Below the pieces are notes generated by a model. The model did not search any database. It was not told the origin of the DNA and was given only the letters and a program-made list of their open reading frames with translations. A stretch of DNA of 64,000 nt from Malacoraja senta (Eukaryota), in assembly GCA_038087875.1 (NCBI GenBank), contig CM075997.1, positions 4,280,001 to 4,344,000 on the forward strand, in the 5' to 3' direction. The stretch's first letter is position 1, and each line of letters starts with the position of its first letter. Below are positions 12,930-25,020 of this stretch, in pieces. The position numbers and the translations under genes are program-made.

Positions 12930-13455
12930 TACATAGATACATAGAAAATAGGTGCAGGAGTAGGCCAGTCGGCCCTTCGAGCCTGCACCGCCATTCAATA
13001 TGATCATGGCTGATCATCCAACTCAGTATCCCGTACCTGCCTTCTCTCCATACCCCCTGATCCCCTTAGCCACAAGGGCCACATCTAACTCCCTCTTAAA
13101 TATAGCCAATGAACTGGCCTCAACTACCCTCTGTGGCAGAGAGTTCCAGAGATTCACCACTCTCTGTGTGAAAAAGTTTTTCCTCATCTCGGTCTTAAAG
13201 GATTTCCCCCTTATCCTTAAGCTGTGACCCCTTGTCCTGGACTTCCCCAACATCGGGAACAATGTTCCTGCATCTAGCCTGTCCAACCCCATAAGAATTT
13301 TGTACGTTTCTATAAGATCCCCTCTCAATCTCCTAAATTCTAGCGAGTATAAGCCAAGTCTATCCAGTCTTTCTTCATATGAAAGTCCTGACATCCCAGG
13401 AATCAGTCTGGTGAACCTTCTCTGCACTCCCTCTATGGCTATAATGTCCTTCTGC
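12930..13455 (-). mobile_element. CR1 LINE 3' fragment (young subfamily)
   Basis: ORF 13023-13469 ends KRELDVALVAKGIRGYGEKAGTGY; (TTTCTATG)-type tail. Confidence 0.95.
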
Positions 13456-13829
13456 ACGAAAATCTCCAATCTAAACTAAAATAAACTAAAAATTGGGTAC
13501 TAATAAAGCGGAGATCGCTAGGTTCTTGATTAGTAAGGGGATAAAAGGTTATGGAAGGCAGGAGAATGTGGTTGAGAGGGAAAGATTGATCAGCCATGAT
13601 TGAATGGCCGAGTAGACTTGATGGGCCGAATTTCCTAATTCTGCTCCTGTCACTTATGACATGAACTTATTGCAGACATTGGACTTTGTCTGTGGAACTG
13701 ATGCGCTACAATGCTGAGAACTATATTCTGCACTCTGTATCTTCCCCTTTGCTCTACCTACTGTACTTGAGTTCAACTTGGTTGTGTATATCTGGTATTA
13801 TCTGATCTGATTTGACAGCACGCAAAACC

Positions 13830-14370
13830 AATTTGAGGAAGGACATCCTGTGGTTGAGGCAGTGCAGCGTAGGTTCACGAGATTGATCCCTGGGATGGCA
13901 GGACTGTCATATGCGGAAAGATTGAAAAGACTAGGCTTGTATTCACTGGAGTTTAGAAGGATGAGGGGGGATCTTATAGAAACATATAAAATTATAAAAG
14001 GACTGGACAAACTAGATGCAGGAAAAATGTTCCCAATGTTGGGCGAGTCCAGAACCAGGGGCCACAGTCTTAGAATGAAGGGGAGGTCATTTAAGACTGA
14101 GGTGAGAAAAAACTTTTTCACCCAGTGAGCTGTGAATTTGTGGAATTCCCTGCCACAGAGGGCAGTGGAGGCCAAATCACTGGATGGATTTAAGAGAGAG
14201 TTAGAAAGAGCTCTAGGGGCCAGTGGAGTCAAGGGATATGGGGAGAAGGCAGGCACGGGTTATTGATTGGGGACGATCAGCCATGATCACAATGAATGAC
14301 GGTGCTGGCTCGAAGGGCCGAATGGCCTCCTCCTGCACCTATTTTTTGTGTTTCTATGTTTCTATGTTTC
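13830..14370 (+). mobile_element. CR1 LINE 3' fragment
   Basis: VQRRFTRLIPGM...SLEFRRMRGDLIETYK; (TTTCTATG)n tail. Confidence 0.93.
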
Positions 14371-14490
14371 TAAAACCAAGCTTTTCCCTGTAGCTCGGTA
14401 CACGTGACGTTAATAAATGTAATCCTGCGTCTGTGTCTTATGATCTTATGATTTGTTACAGATGGTAAAGTCCCACAGCCGAACATCTCT

Positions 14491-14949
14491 CAGCCAAGGG
14501 CAGTCACACACAATGCCCACTTCCCAGAAATTGGTGAGTCAGGACTGATTTAGAGCAGGAATCCCCCACTAACTCTCTGCTCTCCGCAGCTCCGAGGCAG
14601 CGGTGTGGCTTGTGGGTGTTCTGCTGAGCGAGTCGAAAGGCGTTTACTGGACAGACGGCAGGAACTGAACTTGGGACTTTGTCAAATGGATCAGTCGTTT
14701 CACTCTTCAGATCATTTACTCAGCGACAGCGCTGAACACCAATCAAACAAGATTTCTCCCAGCTTGTTTTCACCCTACAAGCAGCTAACAAGGGCCTGTT
14801 TCCTTTATCATCGTTACTTTTTTGAATATATTTCATTCATTGTTCTCTATCTCTCCACATCATCATCTATATCTCTCGTCTCCCTTATCCCTAACCAGTC
14901 TGAAGAAGGGTCTCGACCCGGAACGTCACCCATTCCTTCTCTCCAGAGA
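14491..14949 (+). repeat. Local duplication, copy 2 (uninterrupted)
   Basis: Colinear with 11691-12584 once the L2 insertion is removed. Confidence 0.9.
14521..14566. promoter_or_regulatory. Candidate STAT/AP-1/NF-kB motif cluster
   Basis: TTCCCAGAA 14521-14529, TGAGTCA 14535-14541, AGGAATCCCC 14557-14566; motif matches only. Confidence 0.3.
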
Positions 14950-15389
14950 CGCTGAGTTACTCCAACTGTTTGTGTCTACCTTCAGTGTAAACCAGCATCT
15001 GCAGTTCCTTCTTACACAGACAAGATTAGCTTTGAGTTTCTGTGCGGGCGTTCCCCCCCCACCCCATCCACCTCGAGAAACACCTACACATTGCTTCTGG
15101 TTGGCAGGAGTCAGCGTGCGACGTGTTCAAAGCCAGAGGAGAAGTTGATCGGGGTGCGTGTAGCTTTGCAGAACCGTGTGAGTCAGAGAAAGCTACAAAA
15201 CAGGTCGAGCCACTCTGCGGTGTTGCCATCAGTTTCACAATGGGAGCGCCGGGTATTCCCACTCCCCGCCCGGCACTGTTTCTGAGCTCGAGGCAGATTT
15301 AAACTGATACAAGATCACCATAACCTTCCAAACTCCCAGCTCGTGGATCGGCACTTCATATGTCACATGTACCGAGTTACAGTGAGATT

Positions 15390-16160
15390 CATAGAAACAT
15401 AGAAACATAGAAAATAGGTGCAGGAGTAGGCCATTCGGCCCTTCGAGCCTGCACCGCCATTCAATATGATCATGGCTGATCATCCAACTCAGTATCCTGT
15501 ACCTGCCTTCTCTCCATACCCCCTGATTCCTTTAGCCACAAGGGTCACATCTAACTCCCTCTTAAATATAGCCAATGAACTGGCCTCAACTACCTTCTGT
15601 GGCAGAGAGTTCCAGAGATTCACCACTTTCTGTGTGAAAAAATGTTTTTCTCATCTCGGTCCTAAAGGATTTCCCCTTTATCCTTAAACTGTGACCCCTT
15701 GTCCTGGACTTCCCCAACACCGGGAACAATCTTCCTGCATCTAGCCTGTCCAACCCCTTAAGAATTTTGTAAGTTTCTATAAGATCCCCCCTCAATCTTC
15801 TAAATTCTAGCGAGTACAAGCCGAGTCTATCCAATCTTTCTTCATATGAAAGCCCTGACATCCCAGGAATCAGTCTGGTGAACCTTCTCTGTACTCCCTC
15901 TATGGCAAGAATGTCTTTCCTCAGATTTGGAGACCAAAACTGTACGCAATACTCCAGGTGTGGTCTCACCAAGACCCTGTAAAACTGCAGTAGAACCTCC
16001 CTGCTGCTATACTCAAATCCTTTTGCTATGAATGCTAACATACCATTCGCCTTCTTCACTGCCTGCTGCACCTGCATGCCTACTTTCAATGACTGGTGTA
16101 CCATGACACCCAGGTCTCGTTGCATCTCCCCTTTTCCCAATCGGCCACCATTAAGATAAT
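15390..16160 (-). mobile_element. CR1 LINE 3' fragment (young subfamily)
   Basis: ORF 15586-16140 QRDLGV...KKANGML...RPHLEYCVQFWSP; (TTTCTATG)n tail. Confidence 0.95.
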
Positions 16161-16177
16161 AAATTAGATCATGTCCG

Positions 16178-16437
16178 GGAAGGAACTGCAGATGTGCTGG
16201 TTTAAACCGAAGACAGACACAAAACGCTGGAGTAACTCAGCGGGACAGGCAGCATCTCTGGAGAGAAGGAATGGGTGACGTTTCGGGTCGAGACCCTTGT
16301 TCAGACTGAAAGTCACGGGAAAAGGGAAAAGAGAGAAATAGATGCCAATGTTGATCATCGTCTATATCTCCTGTTTCCCTTTCCCGTGACTTTCAGTCTG
16401 AAGAAGGGTCTCGACCCGAAACGTCACCCATTCCTTC
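16178..16437. mobile_element. Penelope-derived terminal repeat in a fold-back arrangement with two hammerhead motifs
   Basis: ~16265-16340 is the inverted complement of ~16361-16437; motifs at 16277-16304 (minus, CTGAACA variant) and 16398-16425 (plus, intact). Confidence 0.75.
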
Positions 16438-17556
16438 CCTACAATGAAATTCATTTTAGTATACAGTTCAGTACAAGTATCACTATACATAAGCACTTAG
16501 ATACATCTTAGATAAGCATCTCAGATCCAGTACAAGTGTATAGCAGTAGTACACTGAGGCAGTATACAGCATCGGCAGTTTGGCGCCATTTTCAAGTCCG
16601 GGCAGGTGGGACTAGTGTAGCTGGGGCATGTTGGCCGGTGTGGGCAAGTTGGGCCGAAGGGCCTGTTTCCACGCTGTATCTCTCTATGACTCTATGACTC
16701 CCAGTTGTTGTAAGTGCAGGGTTCATGACCTGACCATGAAGGCCCGTTGCCATGGCGACATTGCAGGGTCGGCCTGGCCAAGCGCATCCTCTGCCGCTGT
16801 AGACCACGTGCGGTCCACGTGCTCGGCCACTTGCAGCGGTGCCCGGTCCGGCCAAGCCCCAGGCTGCTGCAGGGCCTCCAGCGGTCCACTCCCCCGTCTA
16901 GGCCGTGCTCTCCCTCCCGCAGCCGGTCTGCTCGCCGGCCCTCCAGGTGGGTTCCCGTGGGGCCCCGATCCGCAGCGGGTAATCCGGGCCTAGCGGCCTG
17001 GTTCCCGCTCTCCGACATGGGTCTCAATTCCGCCACCCGCCTTCTATCACCAACAAGGACAACAGCAGCAGAAACAAAGTTAGACACGTACACAGAGGAC
17101 ATAGGTTTAAGGTGAAGGGGAAACGATTTAATAGGAATCTGAGGGGTAACTTTTTCATTCAAAGGTTGGTGGGTGCATGGAACAAGCTGTCAGAGGAGGT
17201 AATGAGGGATATGGGCCAAATGCAGGCAGGTGGGACTAGTCTAGATGGCGCAAGTTTTTTCCAAGCTGTATGACTCTGTGAATCTGTGAATCTCTATTTT
17301 AACCCAGGGGTCAGTCAGCATCCATGGAGAACATGAATAGGTAATGTTTCAGGTCGGGACCCTTCAGCAGCATGAGAACACCATCCTGACCCTCTCCAAT
17401 GCCTTTACATCCTTCCTGTAATGGGGCGATCAGAACCGCATGCAATAATTTGATGTGGGAAGGAACTGCAGATGCTGGTTTAAACCGAAGATAGACACAA
17501 CATTTGTAACTCAGCCGTGGAGAACATGGATGTAACTCAGCGGGACAGGCAGCATC

Positions 17557-17886
17557 TTTAGTTTAGTTTAGTTTAGTTTAGCAATACAGCGCAGAAACAG
17601 GCCCTTCGGCCCACCGGGCCCACGCCGACCAGCGATCCCCGCACATTAACACTATCCTACACACACTAGGGACAATTTACATTTATACCAAGCCAATTAA
17701 CCTACAAACCTGCACGTCTTTGGAGTGTAAGAGGAAACCGAAGAGCTTGGTGAAAACCCACGCAGGTCACGGGGAGAACGTACAAACTCCATACAGGCAG
17801 CACCCGTAATCGGGATCGAACAAGGGTCTCCGGCGCTGCAAGCGCTTTAAGGCAGCAACTCTACCGCTGCGCCACCGGTGCCGCCC
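17557..17886 (-). mobile_element. tRNA-derived V-SINE (HE1-like), full length
   Basis: A box TGGCGCAGCGG, B-box-like GTTCGATCC, V-domain TTCTCCCCGTGACCTGCGTGGGT, CR1-like tail and (CTAAA)n; sits inside a Penelope-derived repeat. Confidence 0.9.
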
Positions 17887-18622
17887 TATCTGTGGAGAGA
17901 CGGAATGGGTGACGTTTCTGGTTGGGTCTGAAGAAGGGTCTCGAACAGAAACGTCACCCATTCCTTCTATCCCGAGATGCCTCCTGACCCGCTGAGTTAC
18001 TCCAGCTTTTTGTGTCTTTGTGTTCTATGGTGTATGATCATATACAAATAGTTGACAGAATTTTCATGACGTCAGTAAAACATTCCATCGGAAACCCAGC
18101 TCCTGCCTCACTACAGCAGCAGAATATCTGTGGTGGTTGTGGGATTCGAACCCACAATCTTCTGAGTCAGAAACAAGAGAGGAACCTTCAAAGCCACCAT
18201 CGCCACCCACCACAAACAATTATGCTGGGCAGCACTGCAATTTTCTGAATGAAATGGTTGGAATTATCTTTGGATTCTGAAAGGATAAAGTTAGAACGTG
18301 CCAGAGAGCATGTTTACTTAAAGTTAAAATTAAAGTGGGCGGAAGGGAAACAAGACAGACGACTGATTCCCTACACGATCGCAGACTAGTCATTGAGTGC
18401 CACAGCCTGGAAACAGGCCCTTCAGCTCAACTTGCCCACACCGACCAACATGCCCAATCTACACTAGTCCCACCTGCCTGCATTTGGCCCACATCCCTCC
18501 ACACCTGTCCTATCCATGTACCTGTCTAACTGTTTCTTAAACGTTGCGATAGTCCCAGCCTCAACTACCTCCTCCGGCAGCTCGTTCCATACACCCACCA
18601 CCCTGATGAAGAGTCTCGACCT

Positions 18623-19084
18623 GAAACATCACCCATCCATGTTCTCCACAGATGCTGCCTGACCCGCTGAGTTACTCCAGCACTCTGTGAAACGTCACCT
18701 ATCCATGTTCTCCACAGATGCTGCCTGACCCGCTGAGTTACTCCAGCACTCTGTGAAACGTCACCTATCCATGTTCTCCACAGATGCTGCCTGACCCGCT
18801 GAGTTACTCCAGCACTCTGTGAAACGTCACCTATCCATGTTCTCCACAGATGCTGCCTGACCCGCTGAGTTACTCCAGCACTCTGTGAAACGTCACCTAT
18901 CCATGTTCTCCACAGATGCTGCCTGACCCGCTGAGTTACTCCAGCACTCTGTGAAACGTCACCTATCCATGTTCTCCACAGATGCTGCCTGACCCGCTGA
19001 GTTACTCCAGCACTCTGTGAAACGTCACCTATCCATGTTCTCCACAGATGCTGCCTGACCCGATGAGTTACTCCAGCACTCTGT
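18623..19084 (+). repeat. 66-bp tandem array, 7 copies, derived from the Penelope terminal repeat
   Basis: Units GAAACGTCACCTATCCATG...CACTCTGT start at 18623, 18689, 18755, 18821, 18887, 18953 and 19019. Confidence 0.95.
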
Positions 19085-19219
19085 GTCTATCTTTGGTTTA
19101 AACCAGTATCTGTAGATGCTTCCTACACCCCTTGTGTAAAAAAGTTACCCCTCAGATTCTGATGAAATCTTTTCCCCCCCTTACCTTAAACCCATGTCTT
19201 CTGGTCCTCTATTCCCCTA

Positions 19220-19690
19220 AGGTCATAAATGATAGGAGTAGAATTAGGCCATTCAGCCTATCAAGTCTACTCTGCCATTCTATCTCTCCCTCCTAACCCC
19301 ATTCCCCTGCCTTCTCCCCATAACCCCTGACACCCGTACTGATCATGAATCTATCTCTGCCTTAAAAATATTCACTGACTTGTGGCCTCCACAGCCGTCT
19401 GTGGCAACGAATTCCACAGATTCACCACCCTTTGACTAAAGAAATTCCTCCTCATCTCCTTCCTAAAGGTACGTCCTTTAATTCTGAGGCTGTGACCTCT
19501 AGTCCTAGACTCTCCCACTAGTGGAAACATCCTCTCCACATCCACTCTATCCAAGCCTTTCACTATTCTGTACGTTTCAATGAAGTCCCCCCTCATTCTT
19601 CTAAAGTCCAGCGAGTACAGGCCCAGTGCCGACAAACGCTCATCATAGGTTAACCCACTCGTTCCTGGGATCGTTCTTGTAAACCTCTGT
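19220..19690 (-). mobile_element. CR1 LINE 3' fragment
   Basis: ORF 19372-19728 QRFTR...LGLYSL.FRRMRGD...NFFSQRVVNLWNSLP. Confidence 0.9.
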
Positions 19691-20791
19691 GCGTCTACCC
19701 GTTCTATCGCTCTCATGATGTTGCCCAATTATACCGGTCTATGTTCCCTCGGCATGTGAAAGGTGTGGGTATGACTTGCATCGCAGCCGCCCTCATCTCC
19801 CCGCTCTCCTCACTCACATGTTAGTGGGACAGCATGGAACCCTGTTGAAGTTCCGCCCCATTCATTCTCACAGGCTGGACCCAGCCTGTCATAAACATTC
19901 GGCACACTAATTCAAATAAAATCTCCAGCGGATACAGGCAGGAATTCCAGCATGTAAACAAGAACAAAGCAGCCCGCCAATCTGCCCAGATGCCTGACTG
20001 TAACCCTGCAGAATATCGCCCCAATACCATGCTCTGATTTCCAACCTCACATACGGTCTGATCAAAGGACGGGCTCCTGCATTGCTGTGTAGTTTTCACT
20101 GAGGTACAGTGAAAAGCTTCTGTTGCGTGCTAACCAGTCGGAGGATAGACAATACATGATTACAATCGAGCCATCCACAGTGTACAGATACATTCTCTCC
20201 GTGACCAGCGAGGGTTTTCTCCCAGATCTTCGGTTTCCTTCCACACCTCAAAGACGTACAGGTATGTAGGTTAATTGGCTTGGTGTATGTGTAGATTGTC
20301 CCTCGTGTGTGTTGGATAGTGTTACTGTGCGGGGATCGCTGGTCAGCGCGGACTCGGTGGGCCGAAGGGCCTGTTTTCACGCTGTATCACTAAACTAAAC
20401 TATAAAGAAACTAAATTTGCAAAGATGATTAATTGTTGTGCCGTTTTCATCGGCCTAATGGGGTTCCTCCAGCCTGGCGGCAGTCCATTCAAACAGCACG
20501 TTAACCTCTGATACACCAACCCCCTAGATACATTAGCAGCTTCCTGCCTCCGAATAGACCCTGTACTCTGGGTATTAGATCCCACTGCGGTTAATAATGT
20601 GTAATCGCCACAGATGTTACTAATTAAAGTTCAGCAATACACAGTAATTAACAAAGTTGAAACCCTTGTTGGATCGAGTAAGAGTTGTACAGCATTGAAC
20701 CGGCCCCTTCAGCCCAACTTATCCATGCTATCAAAGATCCCCCATCTAAGCTAGTCCCACCTGCCTGAAGTCTGAAGAAGGGTCTCCACCC

Positions 20792-20989
20792 AAAACATCA
20801 CCCATTCCTTCTTTCCACAGATGCTGCCTGACCCGCTGAGTTACTCCAGCACTCTGTGAAACGTCACCTATCCATGTTCTCCACAGATGCTGCCTGACCC
20901 GCTGAGTTACTCCAGCATTCTGTGAAACGTCACCTATCCATGTTCTCCACAGATGCTGCCTGACCCGCTGAGTTACTCCAGCACTCTGT
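20792..20989 (+). repeat. 66-bp tandem array, 3 copies
   Basis: Same unit and phase as 18623-19084; units at 20792, 20858 and 20924; preceded by a CTGAAGA motif. Confidence 0.92.
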
Positions 20990-22273
20990 GTCCATCTTCA
21001 GCAAGTTGTTTAGCATTGTTGCGTTGCATAGATGAGTTGGGCCGAAGGGCCTGTTCCCGTGCTGACTGATTCTTGACTCCAACAGTGATGGAACAAATGA
21101 TGATCCCTGCTGTAAGAGCTGAAGCCTACAGTGATGCAGGGACCTGGGGAGGAGATGTGAGGTTAGCTGCATCACAGTGGATGTTGGCCGGGTAGTTGGC
21201 ACCATCGATGTACCATTGGTCTTGGCTGCTGGAGGGTGACTCATGATTCATGGTCTCGATGTGGACGAATCCGCAACTTCACAATGTCCTCAACGTCAGA
21301 AACACTACAATCGCCAATTGTCACACTTTGGAATTGGCCATTCATCTGCTGACATAAATCAGTAGATTTCCTCAATACTGGTCATGACATCATTGTATGT
21401 TTCGTTGAGCATTTGACCACATTTCTGGCAGAGTGGAATAGTATATCAAGGGAAAGGTTAAGACTGTATAAATGTCACATGGAGCAACAACACAAATGTC
21501 GAGCATCTTACTCACTGCACTTTGAACTGGCCTGGAAATGCAATAACACGCATGTAAATAATAATTTAGTTTAGCTTATTGTCACGTGTGCTGAGGTACA
21601 GTGAAAAGCTTTTGTGGCGTGCTATCCAGAAGCAGAAAGACAATACATGATTACAATCTCTTGTGCTGTAGGCAGCAACCGTGCCACTGCCTTACAGCAC
21701 GGAAAACGGAGACGAGGAAACACTTTTTCACACAGAGAGTTGTGAGTCTGTGGAATTCTCTGCCTCAGAGGGCGGTGGAGGCCGGTTCTCTGGATGCTTT
21801 CAAGAGAGAGCTAGATAGGGCTCTTAAAGTTAGCAGAGTCAGGGGATATGGGGAGAAGGCAGGAACGGGGTACTGATTGTGGAATGATCAGCCATGATCA
21901 CATTGAATGGCAGTGCTGGCTCGAAGGGCCGAATGGCCTACTCCTGCACCAATTGTCTATTGACTATTGCCACCCTGCTGCCAAGTTCACGGACCAGAGG
22001 ACATAAGTTTAAGGTGGGGGGTGGGTGGGGGGTTGGTGAGGGGGGGAAGATTTAATTGGAACCTGAGGGGCGATTTGTTCACACATGGGGTGGTGGGTGA
22101 ATGGAACAAGTTGCCAGAGGAGGTAGTTGAGACATGGATTATTGCAACGTTTAAGAAACATTTAGACAGGTACATGGATTAGGAGGACAGGTTTGGAGGG
22201 ATAAGGACCAAACGCGGGCAGGTGGGACTAGCTTAGGTGGGCCATGTTGGTCGTTATGGACTCGGTGGGCTGA

Positions 22274-22473
22274 NNNNNNNNNNNNNNNNNNNNNNNNNNN
22301 NNNNNNNNNNNNNNNNNNNNNNNNNNNNNNNNNNNNNNNNNNNNNNNNNNNNNNNNNNNNNNNNNNNNNNNNNNNNNNNNNNNNNNNNNNNNNNNNNNNN
22401 NNNNNNNNNNNNNNNNNNNNNNNNNNNNNNNNNNNNNNNNNNNNNNNNNNNNNNNNNNNNNNNNNNNNNNNNN
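22274..22473. other. Assembly gap (200 N)
   Basis: Run of n characters. Confidence 1.
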
Positions 22474-23666
22474 TTGCATGTTATCCCACTTTCTCATCAT
22501 CTCCCTGCACAATTAATTCACAGAGGGCTGATTAACCTAGAAACCCGCGCGTCTTTGGGATGTGGGAGGAAGGAGATGAGGAGGAATATCTTTAGTCAGA
22601 GGGTGGTGAATCTGTGGGATTCTTTGCTACAGAAGGCTGTGGAGGCCAGGTCAATGGATATCTTTAAGGCAGAGATAGATAGATTCTTGATTAGTACGGG
22701 TGTCAGGGGTTACGGGGAGAAGGCAGGAGAATGGGATTAGGAGGGAGAGATAGATCAGCCATGATTGAACGGCGGAATCGACTTGATGGGCCGAATGGCC
22801 TAATTCTGCTCCTATCACTTATGAACATTAAAACCAGAGCACCCTTGAGGAAATGCAGGTGGTCACAGGGGGAGAGCGTGCAAACTCCACACAGGCAGCA
22901 CCCGAGGTCAGGATCGAACCCGGGTCTCTGGTGCCGCGAGGCAGCAGCTCCACCTGCTGCGTCAGCGTGCCGCCCACATCAATATGTGCATCTGGTGGGG
23001 AATTTAAAATTCTTTTTAAAACGGTATCATTCTCCGTTGGACACGAGATCTCTTCCTCACTTCGCCAGTGAATCACACTGAGCGCTTTCTCTGCTCTGAC
23101 AGTATCTTGTGTTCCACTTCATCGTTCTGAGTGCTGGCTTTTGTACCGTCGAATCCACTGTTTTTACCACAATTATCCTATTGTGAGACCCGCCACCTTT
23201 CATCAGTTCCGAAGCTCTCGGAGCAGAATTAGGCCATTCGGCCCATCAAGTCCACTCCGCCATTCAATCATGGCTGATCTGTCTCTCCCTCTCAACCCCA
23301 TTCTCCTGCCTTCTCCCCGTAACCCCTGACACCCGGACTAATCACGAATTTGTCAATCTCAGCCTTAAAAATATCCACTGACTTGGCCTCCACAGCCTTC
23401 TGTGGCAATGAATTCCACAGATTCACCACCCTCTGACTAAAGAAATCCCTCCTCATCTCGTTCCTAAAGGTACGTCCTTTAATTCTGAGGCTGTGCCCTC
23501 TGATCCTAGACTCTCCCACCTGTGGAAACATCCTCTCCTCATTAAGGATTGGGCACACCTTACATTAAGCAAACTCACTATGCGGTAAGTTCTATTACAG
23601 TTTGTTAAATGTTGTACATACCGAAATTTTAAGTTCAATCAAAATGCATTTCCCAAATTATGGCTT

Positions 23667-23975
23667 CATTTTAGATTAGTTTAGAGATACAGCGTGGAAA
23701 GAGGCCCTTCGGCCCACCGGGTCCGCGCCGACCAGCAATCCCCGCACACTAACACTATCCTACACCCACTAGGGACAATTTTTACATTTACCAAGCCAAT
23801 TAACCTACAAACCTGCATGTCTTCAGAGTGTGGGTGTAAACCGAAGATCTCGGAGAAAACCCAAGCGGGTCACGGGGAGAACGTACAAACTCCGTACAGA
23901 CAGCACCCGTAGTCGGGATCGAACCCGTGTCTCCGGCGCTGTGAGGCAGCAACTCTACCGCTGCGCCACTGTGTC
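23667..23975 (-). mobile_element. tRNA-derived V-SINE (HE1-like)
   Basis: A/B boxes, V-domain and GGGCCGAAGGGCCT tail on the minus strand. Confidence 0.88.
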
Positions 23976-24089
23976 GCTTCAGCTGAGTCACGTGGTGTTT
24001 TGAACACGTATGAGCTCCACTATAATCATACGTGTGTCAAATACACTTAGAACATACAACATAGAACAGTCCAACACAGGAACAGGCCT

Positions 24090-24652
24090 CACAATCCACT
24101 GCGCAGCAGAAAGCATTTTATCGGGAAGCATCACGGCACGGTTTGGGAACAGCTCCATCCAAGACCGCAAGAAATTGCAGAGAATTGTGGACGCAGCCCA
24201 GACCATCACACAAACCAACCTCCCTTCCATTGACTCCATCTACACCTCACGCTGCCTCGCCAAGGCCAGCAGCATAATCAAGGACCAGTCTCACCCTGGC
24301 CACTCCCTCTTCTCCCCTCTCCCATCAGGTAAGAGGTACAGAAGTGTGAAAACGCACACCGCCAGATTCAGAGACAGTTTCTTCCCAGCTGTTATCAGGC
24401 AACTGAACCATCCTACCAACAACCAGAGAGCAGTCATGAGCTACCATCCACCTCATTGGAGACCCTCGGACTATCTTTGATTGAACTTTACTGGACTTTA
24501 TCTTGCACTAAACGTTATTCCCTTTATCCTGTATCTGTAAAAGTGGGCGTCCCGATTGTAATCATGTATTGTCTTTCTGCTGACTGGTTAGCACGCAACA
24601 AAAGTTTTTCACTGTACCTCGGTACACGTGACGATAAATAAACCAAACTGAA
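24090..24652 (+). mobile_element. Rex1/Babar-type LINE 3' fragment
   Basis: ESILSGSITARFGN..DRKKLQRIV..LPSID..HPGHSLFSPLPSGKRYRS..RFRDSFFP; 3' UTR ending CACTGTACCTCGGTACACGTGAC also recurs alone (for example 1-210, 20095-20190, 33585-33700). Confidence 0.88.
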
Positions 24653-24763
24653 CAATGTGCGTATAAAGCATGATGCCAAGTTAAACTAATCTCCTCAGCC
24701 TGCATGCGATCCATACCCTGAATTTCCAAGTGCCTCTCCAAAACCTTATTCAGATGCAAGTAA

Positions 24764-25020
24764 AGGGCCTGTCCCAGGTGGCGATTTTTTCGGCGACTGC
24801 TGGCGTCATTGGCAGACGTTTCAGGGTCGCCGAAAGATTTTGAACATTTCAAAATCCAGCGGCGACAAAAAAAAAAGTTGCGATATTTGAGGAAACACCG
24901 GGCGCCAATATGCCATCATCTCGCGTCACCGCCGCGTCACGTCGTATCACGCAGCATCACGCCGCGACTTTCAATGATGCCAGCTGTCGCCGAGAAAATC
25001 GGCCAAGTGGGACAGGCCCT
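24764..25020. mobile_element. PIF/Harbinger-type MITE, subfamily B
   Basis: TIRs AGGGCCTGTCCCA / TGGGACAGGCCCT; TAA TSD at 24761-24763 and 25021-25023. Confidence 0.88.

Noticed and set aside
18623..19084. Possible CRISPR array
   Set aside because: Units are contiguous with no unique spacers, no cas genes are present, and the context is a eukaryotic TE
22228..22740. ORFs spanning the N run
   Set aside because: Artefacts of the assembly gap
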